This document shows, in pieces, positions 1 to 13,967 of a stretch of 64,000 bases of DNA. The stretch is taken from NCBI RefSeq assembly GCF_963921235.1, contig NC_086097.1:95730001-95794000 (forward strand), given 5' to 3'. This DNA is from Mobula hypostoma (lineage: Eukaryota). The position numbers and the translations under genes were made by a program. Below the pieces are notes generated by a model. That model did no database searches and was not told the DNA's origin. It saw only the letters and a program-made list of their open reading frames with translations. The stretch's first letter is position 1. Each line of letters opens with the position of its first letter.

Positions 1-217
1 CCAGTGAGGTAATCTCATAGTCAATTCTGCTTGACGCCATTTCAGTAATAACATTCATCATTTTGTTAATCAAGTGCAGTTACAATTTTTGTTTTTTGCT
101 GGCACATATAACTGGAAAATGTTCCATAGAAACTTGTAGTTTATTGATTTATTTATTTTGACACACAGAGTGTTACAGGCCCTTCCCAGCCCAGCAACAC
201 ACCTGTTGATCACTAGC

Positions 218-2600
218 TAATCAGAATCAGGTTTAATATCACCGCATGTGGTGTGAAATTTGTTAAGCAGTAGCAGTACATTGCCAAACATAGTAATGAA
301 AACTGTGAATTACAGTAAGTATATATATTGACTTTGAGTTAACTTCTAGCAAAAATATATAATATATATTTGAAAAGTTAAATTAAATTAGTAATGCAAA
401 AAAACGTAGTGAGGTGGTGTTCATGGGTTCAATGTCCATTCAGAAATCAGACGGCAGAGGGGAAGAAGCTGTTCCTGAATCATTGAGTGTGCACCTTCAG
501 GCTTCTGTACCTTCTCCCCGATGGTAGCAATGAGAAGAGGGCATGACCTGGGTGATGGGGATCATTAATGATGGATGCAGCCTTTTTGATGCATTGCTCT
601 TTGAAGATGTCCTAAATGCTGGGGAGGCTAACATCCATGATGGAGCTGACTGAGTTTACAACTTTCTGTCACCCCAACCACAAAGTGTTCCAGCTGTTAC
701 CATTTGGGAAATGGTACCGCAGCATAAAAGCCAGGACCAACAGGTTCCAGGACAGCTTCCTCCGCCAGGCCATCAGACTGATTAACTCATGCGGATACAA
801 TTGTATGCTATTCTCTATGCTATATTGACTGTCCTGTTGTACATACTACTCATTGCAAATTACTATAAGTTGCACATTGCACATTTAGATGGAGACATGA
901 CATAAAGATTTTTACTTCTCATGTATGCGAAAGATGTAAGAAATACAGTCAATTCAATTCAGTTCAATAAACAGCAGCCTGACACAAGTATTAGTATTGT
1001 CCTGGTGATCCAAGGCCACATGAAGAACCATTGAGATCACATTCGCCATAGAGTGATCATGACGATTTGCAAATTGCAGTGGATCCAGGTTCTTGCTGAG
1101 ACAGGAGCTAATTCTAGCCATAACCAACCTCTCAAAACACTCCATCACTGTAGATGTGAGCGCTACTGGACGATGGTCATTAAGGCAGCCTTCCCTGCCC
1201 TTCTTGGGCACTGGTATGATTGGTGCTCTTTGGAAGTAGGTGGGAACTTCCGACTGTAGCAATGAGAGATTGAAAATGGCTTTGAGCACACCCACCAGTT
1301 GGTTGACACAGGTTTTCTGAGCTCTACCATGTACCCCATCAGGGCTTGTCGCTTTGGCAGGGTTTACCCTCTTGAAAGACGATCTGACGTCGGCTTCCAA
1401 TTTACAAATCACAGTGTCACCGGCTACTGCAAAGATCGTCATAGCTGTAGTTTTATTCTCCCCTTCAAAGCAAGCATAAAAGGCATTGAGCTCATTTGTG
1501 AGTGAAGCATCACTGCCGTTCCTGATGTTAGGTGTCGCTTTATAGGAAGTGATGGTCTATAAACTCACCCCCACCCCCCCACAGAGTTGACGTGCATCTA
1601 ATTCCGCCTTTAACCTCATTTGGAATTGTTCTTTTGCTCTTCAGATAGTCCTCTGCAGTCACACCTGGCCTTCTTATATTGTCCTAGATCACAGGACTTA
1701 AATGCCACAGATCTTACACTCAGCAGACTACGAGTCACCTGGTTCATCCATGGCTTTTGACTTGGGTATGTACAGCAAGTCCTTGTAGGCACATACTCAT
1801 CCATATAGGTCAGTGACAGCTGTGCCGTACTCATTCAGACTCGAAGGTGAATCCCTGAATACTATCCAGTCCACCGATTCAAAGCAGTCCTATAAGTGCT
1901 CCTGTGCCTCCCTGGTCCAAACCTTCTTGGTCCTCACAACTGGTGCTGCAGTCTTCAGTCTCTGCCTATACTCAGGGAGTGGCAGTACGGCCAGGGGATC
2001 AGACTTCCCAAAGTGTGATGTGGGATAGCACGGTAAGCATTCTTTATGGTGGTGTAACAGTGGTCCAGTGTGTTGGTTCCTCTGTTACTACAGGTGATTT
2101 GTAGGCCATAGTTATTCAGAGACATTTTCAAGCTGGCCTGGTTAAAACCCCCCAGAATAGTAGAGAAGGCATCAGGGTGCACAGTTTCATGCCTGTTGAT
2201 TACATTGCTCAGTTTACCTAGAGCTTGTTTGACATTGGCCTGTGGAGGGATGCACACCGTTACCAAGGTGACAGCTGAAAACTCCCGCAGCAGATAAAAC
2301 GGACGACTCTTGATTGCGAGATGTTCCAGGTCGGGTGAGCAGGACTGGGACAGCACCACCACGTTTGTGCACCACGAGGAGTTGATCATGGAGTGTACTC
2401 CAGCTCCTGTCTTTGAAAGACTCAGCAGCCCCATCTTGGCAGCGAATGGTGAAGCAACCCCCTATGTTTCGATGCACACGTAATAAGTAATTCTGAATCG
2501 GAAGTCTACAGATCCCAAATTACTGCTGTATCACTGAGTCTGGAATGGCGGGGATATCCAAGACTCCGTGAAATGAAAACTAGGTCCTACTGCCGCTCTA
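218..2600 (-). mobile_element. Decayed Rex/Babar- or L2-like LINE (APE and RT remnants) with an opposite-strand 3' fragment at about 668-960
   Basis: ORFs 954..1442 (PKKGREGCLNDHRPVALTSTVMECFERLV, RT) and 1955..2434 (SRPFYLLREFSAV...LDHCYT, APE-like). Short-repeat tail near 218-240. Confidence 0.8.
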
Positions 2601-2931
2601 GTACAGCCATCTTGCTCTAAGATCATTGACTTTATTGACCAAAGACTATACATTTACCAGCACGATAGTAGGGAAAGCTGGAAGATCATCTCCTTCAACA
2701 AAATTTTTGAACCAGTGCAGCATCCTCTCTTCTGCTGGAACCCACAATAGCAACCAGAGACTGCCGTTTGAGACTCAACAACTTTGGGTACCAATAGATA
2801 TTTTAATCACCTTAAAACGATGTTACATACTGTATTTTCCATGACTGCAGCTGTGGATTTCAGCTGCAGCCCCCTAAAACGGGAATATTTGATGATTTCC
2901 ATCAGAGCTGCTCACATGAGTCACCTTCTTA

Positions 2932-5900
2932 ATCATAAGATCACAAGATACAGCAGCAGAATTAGGCCATTTGGCCCATCGAGTCTGCTCCACCATTTCA
3001 TCATGGCTGATCCAATTTTCCTCTCAGCCCCAATCTTTTGCCTTCTCCCTGAATCCCTTCATGCCCTGACCAATCAAGAATCAATCAATCTCTGCCTTAA
3101 TCATTTAAACACATAAACACTTGGCTTTCCACGGCTGCCTGTGGCAAAGAATTCCTCAAGTTCACCACTCTTTGGAAGAAGAAATTCCTCCTCATCACCA
3201 CTCTAAAAAGAAGCCCCTTTATTCAGAGACTATGTCCTCTGGTCTTAGACACTCCCATCATAGGAAACATCCTCTCCACATCCACTCCATCAAGACCTTT
3301 CACCATTCGATAGGTTTCAATGACATCACCCTTCATTCTTCTGAATTCCAGTGAATACAGGCCATCAAATACTCTTCATATGACAAGCCATTCAATTCTG
3401 GAATCATTTTCGTGAATCTCCTTTGAACCCTCTCTAGTTTCAGCACATCCTTTCTAAGATAACGGCCCAAACCTGCTGACAATACTCCAAATGAGGACTT
3501 AGCAATGCTTTATTAAGTTTCAACATTACATCTTTGCTTTTATATTCTAGCCCTCGAGCTGAATGCTAACATTGCATTTACCCTCCTCACCCCAGCCTTA
3601 GCCTGCAAATAAACCTTTAGGGAATCCTACACAAGGACTCCCAAGTCTCTTTGCACTTAGGTTTTTTTTTGTATTTTCTCACCATTTAGAAAATGGCCAA
3701 CCCTTTCATTTCTTCTACCAAATTGTATGACCATACACTTCCTGACACTGTATTCCATCTGCCATTTCTTTGCCCATTCTCCTAATCTGTCTAAGTCCTT
3801 CTTCTAGCCTCTCTCCTTCCATAAAACGACCTCCCCCCTCCTCCTATCTTCATATCGCCTGCAAACTTTGCAAGAAAGCCATCAATTCCATCATCTAAAT
3901 CATTGACATATGATGTAAAAAGAATTGGTCCCAACACAGACCCCTGTGGAACACCACTACTCGCTGGCAGCCAACCAGAAAAGGTTCCCTTTATTCCCAC
4001 TCTCTGCCTCCTTCCAATCAGTCACTGCTTTATCCATGCTTGAATCTTTCCTGTAATACCATGGGCTCGTAGCTTGTTAAGCTGACTCATGTGTGGCACC
4101 TTATCAAAGGCCTTCTGAAAATCCAAGTACACAACATCAACCGATTCTCCTTTGTCTATCCTGCTTGTTATTTCCTCAAGGAGTTCCAACAGAGTTGTCA
4201 AGCAAGATTTTCCTTTGAGAAAACCATGCTGACTTTAGCCTATTTTATCATGTGCCTCCTATTATGCTGAAACCTCATCCTTAATAATCGACTCCAACAT
4301 CTTCCCAACCACTGAGGTCAAACTAACAGGCCTATAGTTTCCTTTCTTCTGCCTCTCTCTTCTTGAAGAGTGGAGTGACATTTGCAATTTTCCAGTCTTC
4401 CAGAACCATTCCAGAATCTAGTGATTCTTGAACGATCATTACTATGCCTCCACAATCGCTTCAGCCACCTCTTACAAAACTCTGGAGTGTACGTCATCTG
4501 GTCCAGGTGACTTCATCTACTTTCAAACCTTTCAGTTTGCCAAGAACCTTCTCTCTAGTTAGGTCACACGTTTCATGCCCCGCTGATACCTGGAACTTCG
4601 ACCATACTGGTAATGTCTTCCACAGTGAAGACAAATACAAATTAATTATTCAGTTCATCTGCCATTTCATTGTCCCACATTACTACTTCTCCAGGATCAT
4701 TTTCCAACAGTTCCATATCCACTCTTGCCTCTCTCTTACACTTTATATATCTGAAGAAAATTTTGATGTCCACTTTAATAGTACTGGCCAGCTTACTTTC
4801 ACATTTCATCTTTGCCTTCTTAATTACTTTTTTAGTTGCCTTCTTTTGGTTTTTAAAAGCTTCCCAATCCTCTAACTTCCCAATAATATTTGGCCTATTA
4901 TATGCCCTCTCTTTAGGTTTTATGTTGGCTTTGACTTGTTTGCCACAGTTGTGTCATCTTTCCTTCAGGATACTTCTTCCTCTTTGGGATATATACATCC
5001 TGCACCTTCTGAATTGCTTCCAGAAATTCCAGCCATTGCTGCTCTGCCATCATCCCTGCCAGTGTTCTTTTCTAATCAATTCTGGCCAACTCCTCTCTCA
5101 TGCCTCAGTAATTCCCTTTAGTCCACTGTAATACTGATAAATATGACTTTAATTTCTCCTTCTCAAATTTCAGGGTAAATGTGATCATATTATGATCACT
5201 TCTCCTAAGGGTTCTTTTACCTTAAACTCTCTAATCAATTCCGGTTCATTGCACAACACCCAATCCAGAATACCTGATCCTCTAGCGGGCTCAACCATGA
5301 GTTGCTCTCAAAAGCCATCTTATAGGCACTCTAGAAATTCCCCCTCCTGTAATCCGGCACCAACCTGATTTCCCAATCTACATGCATATTGAAGTCCCCC
5401 GTGACTATTGTAACATTGCCCTTTTTAACATGCGTTTTCTATCTCCCATTGTAATTTGTAGGCTGCATCCTTACTACTGTCATCAGGGTCTTTTTATCCA
5501 TAAGACCATAAGACAAAGGAGCAGAAGTCAGCCATTCGGCCCATCGAGTCTGCCCTGCCATTTTATCATGAGCTCATCCATTCTCCCATTTAGTCCCACT
5601 CTCCCACCTTCTCACCATAACCTTTGATGCCCTGGCTACTCAGATACCTATCAATCTCTGCCTTAAATACACCCAATGACTTGGCCTCCACTGCTGCCCG
5701 TGGCAACAAATTCCATAGATTCACCACCCTCTGGCTAAAAAAAATTTCTTCGCATCTCTGTTCTGAATGGGTGCCCTTCAATCCTTAAGTCATGCCCTCC
5801 CCCATCACGGGAAACAACTTTGCCACATCTACTCTGTCCATGCCTTTCAACATTCAAAATGTTTCTATGAGGTCCCCCCTCATTCTTCTAAACTCCAAGG

Positions 5901-8900
5901 AATACAATCCAAGAGCGGACAAACGGTCCTCATATGTTAACCCTCTCATTCCCGGAATCATTCTAGTGAATCTTCTCTGTACCCTCTCCAACGTTAGCAC
6001 ATCCTTTCTTAAATAAGGAGACCAAAACTGCCCACAGTACTCCAAGTGAGGTCTTACCAGCACCTTATAGAGCCTCAACATCACATCCCTGCTCCTATAC
6101 TCTATTCCTCTAGAAATGAATGCCAACATTGCATTTGCCTTCTTCACCACCGACTCAACCTGGAGGTTAACCTTAACGGTATCCTGCATGAGGACTCCCA
6201 AGTCCCGTTGCATCTCAGAACTTTGAATTCTCTCCCCATTTAAATAATAGTCTGCCCGTTTACTTCTTCTACCAAACTGCATAACCATACACTTTCCAAC
6301 ATTATATTTCATTTGCCACTTCTTTGCCCATTCTTCTAATCTATCCAAATCTCTCTGCAGACTCTCTGTTTCCTCAGCACTACCGGCCCCTCCACCTATC
6401 TTTGTATCATCAGCAAACTTAGCCACAAAGCCATCTATTCCATAATCCAAATCGTTGATGTACAACGTAAAAAAAAGCGGCCCAAACACAGACCACTGTG
6501 GAACACCACTGGTAACTGGCAGCCAACCAGAATAAGATCCCTTTATTCCCACTCTGTTTCCTGCCAATCAGCCAACGCCCTATCCACGTATATAACTTTC
6601 CCGTAATTCCATGGGCTCTTATCTTGTTAAGTAGCCTAATGTGTGGCACCTTGTCAAAGGCCTTCTGAAAATCCAAATATACAACATCCATTGCATCTCC
6701 CTTGTCTAGCCTACTTGTAATTTCCTCAAAAAATTGTAATAGGATTGTCAGGCAGGATTTTCCTTTAAGGAAACCATGCTGAGTTCTGCCTATCTTGTCA
6801 TATGCCTCCAGGTACTCTGTAACCTCATCCTTGACAATCGACTCCAACAACTTCCCAACCACCGATGTCAAGCTAACAGGTCTATAATTTCCTTTTTGCT
6901 TCCTTGCCCTTTCTTAAATAGCAGAGTGACATTTGCAATCTTCCAGTCCTCCGGAACCATGCCAGAATCTATCGACTTTTGAAAGATCATCGCTAATGCC
7001 TCTGCAATCTCCACAGCTACTTCCTTCAGAACACGATGGTGCATTCCATCTGGTCCGGGAGATTTATCTACCTTTAGACTATTCAGCTTCCTGAGTACTT
7101 TCTCTGTTGTAATTGTGACTGCGCACATTTCTCTTCCCTGCCACCCTTGAGTGTCCGGTATCCTGCTGATGTCTTCCTCAGTGAAGACTGATGCAAAATA
7201 CTCGTTCAGTTCCTCCGCCATCTCCTTATCTCCCATTATAATTTCTCCAGCATCATTTTCTATCGGTCCTATATCTACTCTTACCTGTCTTTTACTCATT
7301 ATATACTTGAAAAAGCTTTTAGTATCCTCTTTGATATTATTTGCTAGCTTCCTTTCATAGTTCATCTTTTCCCTCTTAATGACTTTCTTAGTTTCCTTTT
7401 GTAAGCTTTTAAAAACTTCCCAATCCTCTGTCTTCCCACTAATTTTTGCTTCCTTGTTTGCCCTCTCCTTTGCTTTAACTTTGGCTTTGACTTCTCTTTT
7501 GTCAGCCACGGTTGCATCCTTTTTCCATTCAAAAATTTCTTCTTTTTTGGAATATACCTGTCTTGCACCTTCCTCACTTCTTGCATAAACTCCAGCCACT
7601 GCTGCTCTGCCGTCCTTCCCGCCAGTGTCCCTTTCCAGTCAACTTTGGCCAGTTCCTCTCTCATGCCACTATAATTTCTTTTACTCCACTAAAATACCGA
7701 CACATCGGATTTCAGCTTCTCTTTTTCAAATTTCACAGTGAACTCAATCATGTTATGATCACTGTCTCCTAAGGGTTCCTTCACCTCAATCTCTCTAATC
7801 ACCTCCGGTTCATTACACAATACCCAATCCAGTACAGCCGATTCCCTAATGGCCTCAACAACAAGCTGTTCTAAAAAGCCATCTCGCAGATATTCTACAA
7901 ATTCTCTCTCTCGAGATCCAGTTCCGACCTGATTTTTCCAATCCACTCGTATGTTAAAATCCCCCACAATTATCATAACACTGCCCTTCTGACAAGCCTT
8001 TTCTATTTCCAGTTGTAATTTGTAGTCCACATCACTGCAGCTGTTTGGAGGCCTGTACATAACTGCCATCAGGGTCCTTTTACCCCCACGATTTCTTAGC
8101 TCAACCCATAAAGATTCTGCACCTTCCGATCCAATGTCACCTCTTTCTAATGATTTGATATCACTTCTTACCAATAAAGCCACGCCACCCCCTCTGCCTA
8201 CCTTCCTATCCTTCCGATACACCGTGTATCCTTGGACGTTCAGCTCCCAGAGACATGCATCCTTTAGTCAGGTCTCAGTGATGGCCACAATGTCATACCT
8301 GCCAACCTGTAGCTGTTCGACAAGATCATCCACCTTATTCCTTATGCTGCGTGCATTTAAGTATAACACCTTAAGACCAGAATTTGGTACTTTTCACTTT
8401 GATTGCACTGCAACTTTATTGCACTGCAACTCATCCCAATGGCTACAAATTTGCCCCATCACCTGCCTGTCTTTCCTGACATCTTTACTGCTCACTATCT
8501 TAGATTTATTTCTGTTTCCCCTTCCTCCGCTCTGTCATTCCGGTTCCCATCCCCCTGCCAAATTAGTTTAAACCCTCCGTAACAGCTCTATTAAACCTTC
8601 CTGCCATTTCCTTGCATTTCCTTAGCTCTATCCAGAATGATTCAACATCTTCTGACCCAACGTCACCTCTTTCCAATGTTTTGATTTCATTTTTTTTTAA
8701 CCAACAGAGCAACACCACCCTCTCTGCCTTCCTGCCTATCCTTTCAATACATTGTGTATCTTTGGACATTAAGTTCCCAGCTATAATCTTTCAGCCATGA
8801 TTCAGTGATGCCTACGACATCATACCTGCCAATCTGCAACTGTGCTGCAAGTTCATCTACCTTATTCCGTGTACTGCGTATATTCAGATACAACACTTTC

Positions 8901-10300
8901 AGTCCTGTATTCATACTTTTCGATTTTGTCGCACCATGCTCAACCTTTTGATTCCTGACTTTGAATGAGGTCTTACCGACATCTGCCTCCACAACCTCTC
9001 CACTATCTGTTCTGGCGCTCTGGTTCCCATTCCCCTGCAACTCTCGTTTAAACCCTACCGTGCAGCATTAACAAACCTTCTCGCTAGGATATTAGTCCCC
9101 CTCCAGTTCCAGAGCAAACCATCCCATCTGTACAAGTCCCAACTTTCTTTGGAAGAGAGCCCAATGATCCAAAAATCTTATGCTCTCCCTCCTAGACTAT
9201 CTCCTTAGCCATCTTCCTAATTCTAGCCTCACTAGCACATGGCATGGGTAGCAATCATGAGATCACAACCTTGGAGGTCCTGCCCTTTAACTTAGCACGT
9301 AACTCCCTGAACTCCCTTTGCAGAACCTCATCACACATCCTACCCATGTCTTTGGTACCTACATGGACCACGACTTCTGGCTGTTCATCCTCCCACTTAA
9401 GAATGCTGAGGACTCAATCTGAGATATCCTAGACCCTGGTACCCAGGAGGCAACATACCACCTGGGAATCTCATTCTCACCCATACAACATCCTGCCTAT
9501 TCCCTAACTAACAAATCCCCTATCACCACAGTGTTCCTCTTCTTCCCCCTTCCCTTCTGAGTCACAGAAACAGACTCAGTGCCAGACACCTGACCACTGT
9601 GATTTTCCTCTGTCACGTCCAAACACAGTATCCAAAGTGATATACCTGTTGTTGAGGGGTATGGCTACAGGGGTACTCTGTAATGGCCCCTTAACCTTTT
9701 TCTCCTTCCTGTCACCCAGTTTCCTGTGTCCCGTACGGTGGGTGTAACTAGTTGTCTATATGTACTGTATATCACCCCCTCAGCCTCCCGAATGATTCAG
9801 AGTTCATCCAGTTCCAGCTCCAGCTCCAGCTCATTAACACAGAGTGTTAGAAGCTGCAGCTGGATGCACTTTTCACAGTGGTAGTGGTCAGGGACACTGG
9901 AGGTTTCCCTGCCTCCCACATTCCACAAGAGGAGCATTGAACTACCCTGCCTGTCATCTAGATTCCCTTAGCTGAGCAGGTATAAAGAAGAGAAGGAAAA
10001 AAAACTTGAGCTTTTCTTTCCTTTGCTCTCTCTGAGTGAAACCTCTCTTTATTGAAGCCTCGAAGAGCTAAAGCCTTAAGATCACCACTCAGAGTATGTC
10101 CACTCAGACGATGGCCACCTTGCTTGCTCCTGCCTCCCTTTAATCTGCTCTTCCTAATCAACCTCAAACACTGATTGGCCACTGCTCAAAGCTCTATTAT
10201 GTTGCCACGACCTGCTCCTGCCTTTTTTCCTCGGGCAGTGGACCTGATTGAAGTCCCCTCCTCTCCAAACTTCTGATGTGCAGATTGGCTGCTGGTCAAA
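2932..10300 (-). mobile_element. Near full-length decayed CR1 LINE (5' region, ORF1, APE-RT ORF2), split by a younger CR1
   Basis: 3' tail at about 2932-2950. RT remnant SGVPQGSVLGP...FAGD (3791..4000). The APE sequence breaks at about 5497 and resumes at about 8610 (KVLYLNIRSTRNKVDEL). Esterase-like ORF1 remnant (EQPEVVVHVGT) near 9350-9400. Confidence 0.85.
5498..8605 (-). mobile_element. Younger 5'-truncated CR1 LINE with nearly complete but frameshifted ORF2 (APE + RT)
   Basis: Overlapping ORFs 7689..8222 (APE, GDFN, SDH), 6868..7599, 6419..6871 (YLDFQKAFDKVPH) and 5854..6567 (KFADDTK, LVRPHLEY). (TCTTATGG)n-type tail at 5498-5513. Confidence 0.9.
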
Positions 10301-10311
10301 GTTCTATGTAA

Positions 10312-10505
10312 AGAACAATTTACAATGGCCAATTAGCCTGTTAACTGGTACGTCTTTGGACTGTGGGAGGAAACTGGAGTACCCAGAGGATATTCATGCA
10401 GTCACGGGGAGGACATAAAGTTTCCTTATAAACAGCCACGGAATTCAACTCTGACCGTCCCGAGCTGTAATAGTGTCACACTAGCCACTGCGCTACCCTG
10501 GCACC
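10312..10505 (-). mobile_element. tRNA-derived V-SINE (HE1-like)
   Basis: The minus strand has a tRNA-like head (GGTAGCGCAGTGGCTAGTG...) and the V-domain-like TCCAGTTTCCTCCCACAGTCCAAAGACG. Confidence 0.7.
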
Positions 10506-12529
10506 CATGGTTTAGCAAGTGCCAGGGTTGCAGCTTTCCTGGAAGGCCCAGTTGATACAATGATAGTAATTTGGACTCTGTAGCCTTCAGACTCAGATTT
10601 ATTTTTCACATGTACTATACTTCAAAATGTAGGGGCTTGTTCTGCTGTTGTTGTTCTATATGTTCTGTGTTGTTGTGACGAGCATGCTTGGGGTGCTATG
10701 CTGGCGCCAGAATAGTGGGGGCACCTTACAGGCTGCCCTGGTGCACTCTTGATTACAACTGTTTCTTCACATCATGTGGAGCGAATCTTACTCAAGCCTT
10801 GTATCTGAGGTGGTGGAGCCCTCTGAAAGAGGATGAGAAGACTCGTCAGCTGGACATTGAAGATGGTCGAAGATTTTTCAGCCTTGTCTCTTGCACTGCT
10901 TTTGGGCTACACCACCCACGTGCATCGATTGAAAATTACTTTGAATCCATGAACGTCTGTAACTTTCTCAGTTGTGTTTTCAACATTAAGTATTAACTAT
11001 TTCTTTCAGAGGCCAGCAGCTTCAGTGGAGTGTTTCCAGAATGCTCTATTTTTGTTTGACTTTCATGGATTGTCCTCCCGCTGTTAATGATGCTATACAA
11101 ATGGAAGTTGTCATTGAATCAAATAGTTCTGGTGAATGCCCATCTGGAGAAATGATACGGGAGAGTTGTCTTCAGATTCTTGGGGCACTGAAACAACTCT
11201 AGATCAGGAAAGTATGAGAGGAAAACTGGGAACATTGTGTTGGAAAGGGAGTAATTACAAGGAGAAAAACAAATGCAGTTTAGTCTGTTGATGAAAATTG
11301 TTTTACGATAATTAAAGAATTTTATTTGTAGCTTTAAATAGATTTGAACAATTTTTGCTAATTATTTGTCACTGCTTTGAATCTACAGTTCCTATTTTCT
11401 TTCACTGTGCATTTTAAGTGGGGTCTAGGAACCAAGAAAAAAAGTTTGGGTACCACTGACCTAAACTTTCATTTTCACTGCCATTTGAAGACAAGCCTGA
11501 CAATAAATAAAGCTTAAAAATTCCATAATTGACTTTTTATTATTTTTTAAATTACATACAGGGGCTATCAGTTGGAATACTGGGTCCAAGAAATTGTTCT
11601 TCTTCATCTTAATGGCATTAAAATAGGCATATGAATCAGCCTTATCCTACAAAGATCACAATCTTCAATTGTGAGGTTTACATGCGGTGTTACTAAGTTT
11701 CCTGTACAATGGCTAGCTGTTTCCACACTGAACTAATCAAACAGTCAATGGCAATTTCTCACATCTGCCAACACTTAGCATTGCAGATGCTATCTCAACA
11801 CCCAACTCTCAAAGGGAAATACCACAATATAAGCAGCATTCTTTTAGCCACAGGGAATTGTTGCTGCTACATAAATGGACTCTGCAATGATGGATCGGGT
11901 TGGGACAATGCACTAGGGAGTCAGAAGGAGATGGAACAGCTAATAAGGAACTGTGCGCACAGAAGGCATGTTCTTTCGACAAAGGGATTAAAGAGAGCCT
12001 CCACCCCACCTGCAAGGCAGGAAACCATCAGGAAGATTTCTATAAGGAATTATACTACCTGAATGTAGTTTATAAAACGTTTGCACTTAAGGGAGATTTG
12101 TCAAGCCAGTGAAATATTTGTTTTCCCTGCTGTGGAAGAAAAAGTAGATGAATCCTCACTTCCTTGAGAATGGAGTTTGGGTGACCCCCTCCCTCCACTG
12201 TAATTTGATGTTATAGAATTGAGAACATTAACCTCTATGGCCAAGGGAACCCAGGCAAATATGTCTGCGAGTGGTGGGAGGTCGCAGGCTGAGTGAAGAC
12301 AAAGAAATCAGTTTGAGCTCTGGCTATCCAGTGTGACCTGCATGTGACACAAAACCCACCTTGCTATTCTCTGAAATATCTGATGCAGGACATCCACGAA
12401 CAAAACAAAAAATAAATAAAAACAGCAGGACACAACAAAGGAGAATTTTACTGCAAAGAAACTGATTCCTTATTCCCAACCAGTGCCTGTTGTTCTTCAC
12501 TCGAGCCTTGCTCAACCTTCACTATACTT

Positions 12530-13040
12530 TGACAACATATGGCTTTACTTCATTGCAAGTTTGAGGAGATTTGGTATGTCACTAAAGACTCTGGCAAGTT
12601 TCTACAGATGTACTGTGGACAGCATTCTGATTGGTTGCATCAATTGTATGGAGGGGCCACTGCACAGCCTCAAGAAAAGCTGCAGAAGATTCTAGACTCA
12701 GCTGCTCCATCATGGGCACCAGCCTCCCCACCAGCGAAGACATCTTCAAAAGGCAATATCCATCATTAAGGACCCTCACCATCTGGGACATGCCTCTTCT
12801 CGTCACTATCATCAGGGCTAAGGTTCAGGAACCTGAGGATGCACACTCAGTGTTTTAGAAACAGCTTCTTCCCCTCTGTTTCAGAACGGTCCATGAACCC
12901 ATGAAAACAACCTCACTATTTTGCTGTTTTTGCACTATTTATCATTTTTTTCTATTTCTTGTTGTAACTTTTTATGTTTTGCACTGAAATGCTGCTTCTT
13001 CAAATTTCATGTCAGATATAATAAACCTGATTCTGATTAC
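12530..13040 (+). mobile_element. Rex/Babar- or L2-like LINE 3' fragment
   Basis: LYFIASLRRFGMSLKTLASFYRCTVDSIL C-terminal motif; tail AATAAACCTGATTCTGATT. Confidence 0.75.
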
Positions 13041-13778
13041 ATCTGCGATGTTCTCATGCCTTGTCAATGTGAAGTAATTGTTAATCAGAATGCTAACAGC
13101 CCATCACATAATTGGACAACAGACTTTTCTTGGGCTGTGGGGGACTCTGGATAGAGGTAGTATCTTTGATGTCTGGCAGCTGCACTCTACCTTGTAGCAT
13201 GGACAGACATTACTGGTCCTCATCCATCTCCTAAATCTCTAGCGTCCGCCTCCAAGTGGCACACCCTGGTACGCCACTTCAGCTGGTGGGCTATACAACG
13301 CGAGGGGGTGGTGTTAACATGGCACCACTGGGCAAAGGACCTCGTCGACAAAGTCACCAGCCAGGGTGGACGAGGTCCCTGAAGAAATACAATGGCCGTG
13401 TGTTTGAGACCAAAGCAAGCCACCTAGTTGGAGAACATTGGCTGTGGTCTGGCCTGGAGAGGGATGGCTGCCACCAGGCCTCACTAGCCCAAGACATTCA
13501 AAAGCACCCCTATGACCCATATGCAGGTTGCGGGATCTGAACCAAACGTTTTTATTCAGGGCATTGCAGGATATGGACCAGTGGCTTGTAAGCAGAGACT
13601 AGAAACGCATTAGTCAGAATGTAGTTCATTGGATGACCTGGGTGGAAAACTCAAAGATAATTTCTGTTTCTATGATCCAGACACAGTAACCATTAATGAA
13701 GCACACCTGATACCCTTGGCAATAATTTATATCCAAGCTACCATCCAGAGGAGGAAAGTTTCACTGCAAACTACTTAC

Positions 13779-13967
13779 AAAGTCCTGCTGAATGTCTTCA
13801 AAGTCTTTTCCATACTTCTCCAGTGCTTCTTCAAACAGGCTGGCCTCTGAAGCAGACCACTCCTCCATTTCATCCCGACAAAGCACTGGGCCACCCTGAG
13901 GGACCAGCGCAGAGATGGCCTGCGAGACCTCATAGGTACTTTTGTACAGGGTTTCCATGGCATGAAA
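13779..13967 (-). CDS. MTA1: MTA1-like coding exon (189 bp, ELM2 end / SANT start)
   Basis: [63 protein letters not shown]. Acceptor TCACAG|, donor TTT|GTAAGT. Confidence 0.94.

Noticed and set aside
5854..8222. Active or domesticated reverse transcriptase gene
   Set aside because: ORF2 is broken by several frameshifts and the copy is 5'-truncated, as for an ordinary dead CR1.
11000..11460. Possible hAT transposon remnant ending AAAAGTTTGGGTACCACTG
   Set aside because: Only one terminus-like motif is visible; no matching left TIR, TSD or transposase motif could be confirmed.
1..13778. Next MTA exon (LPWKSL...YYYMWKTTDRYVQQ)
   Set aside because: No matching sequence found by eye on the minus strand; it probably lies beyond the window start.
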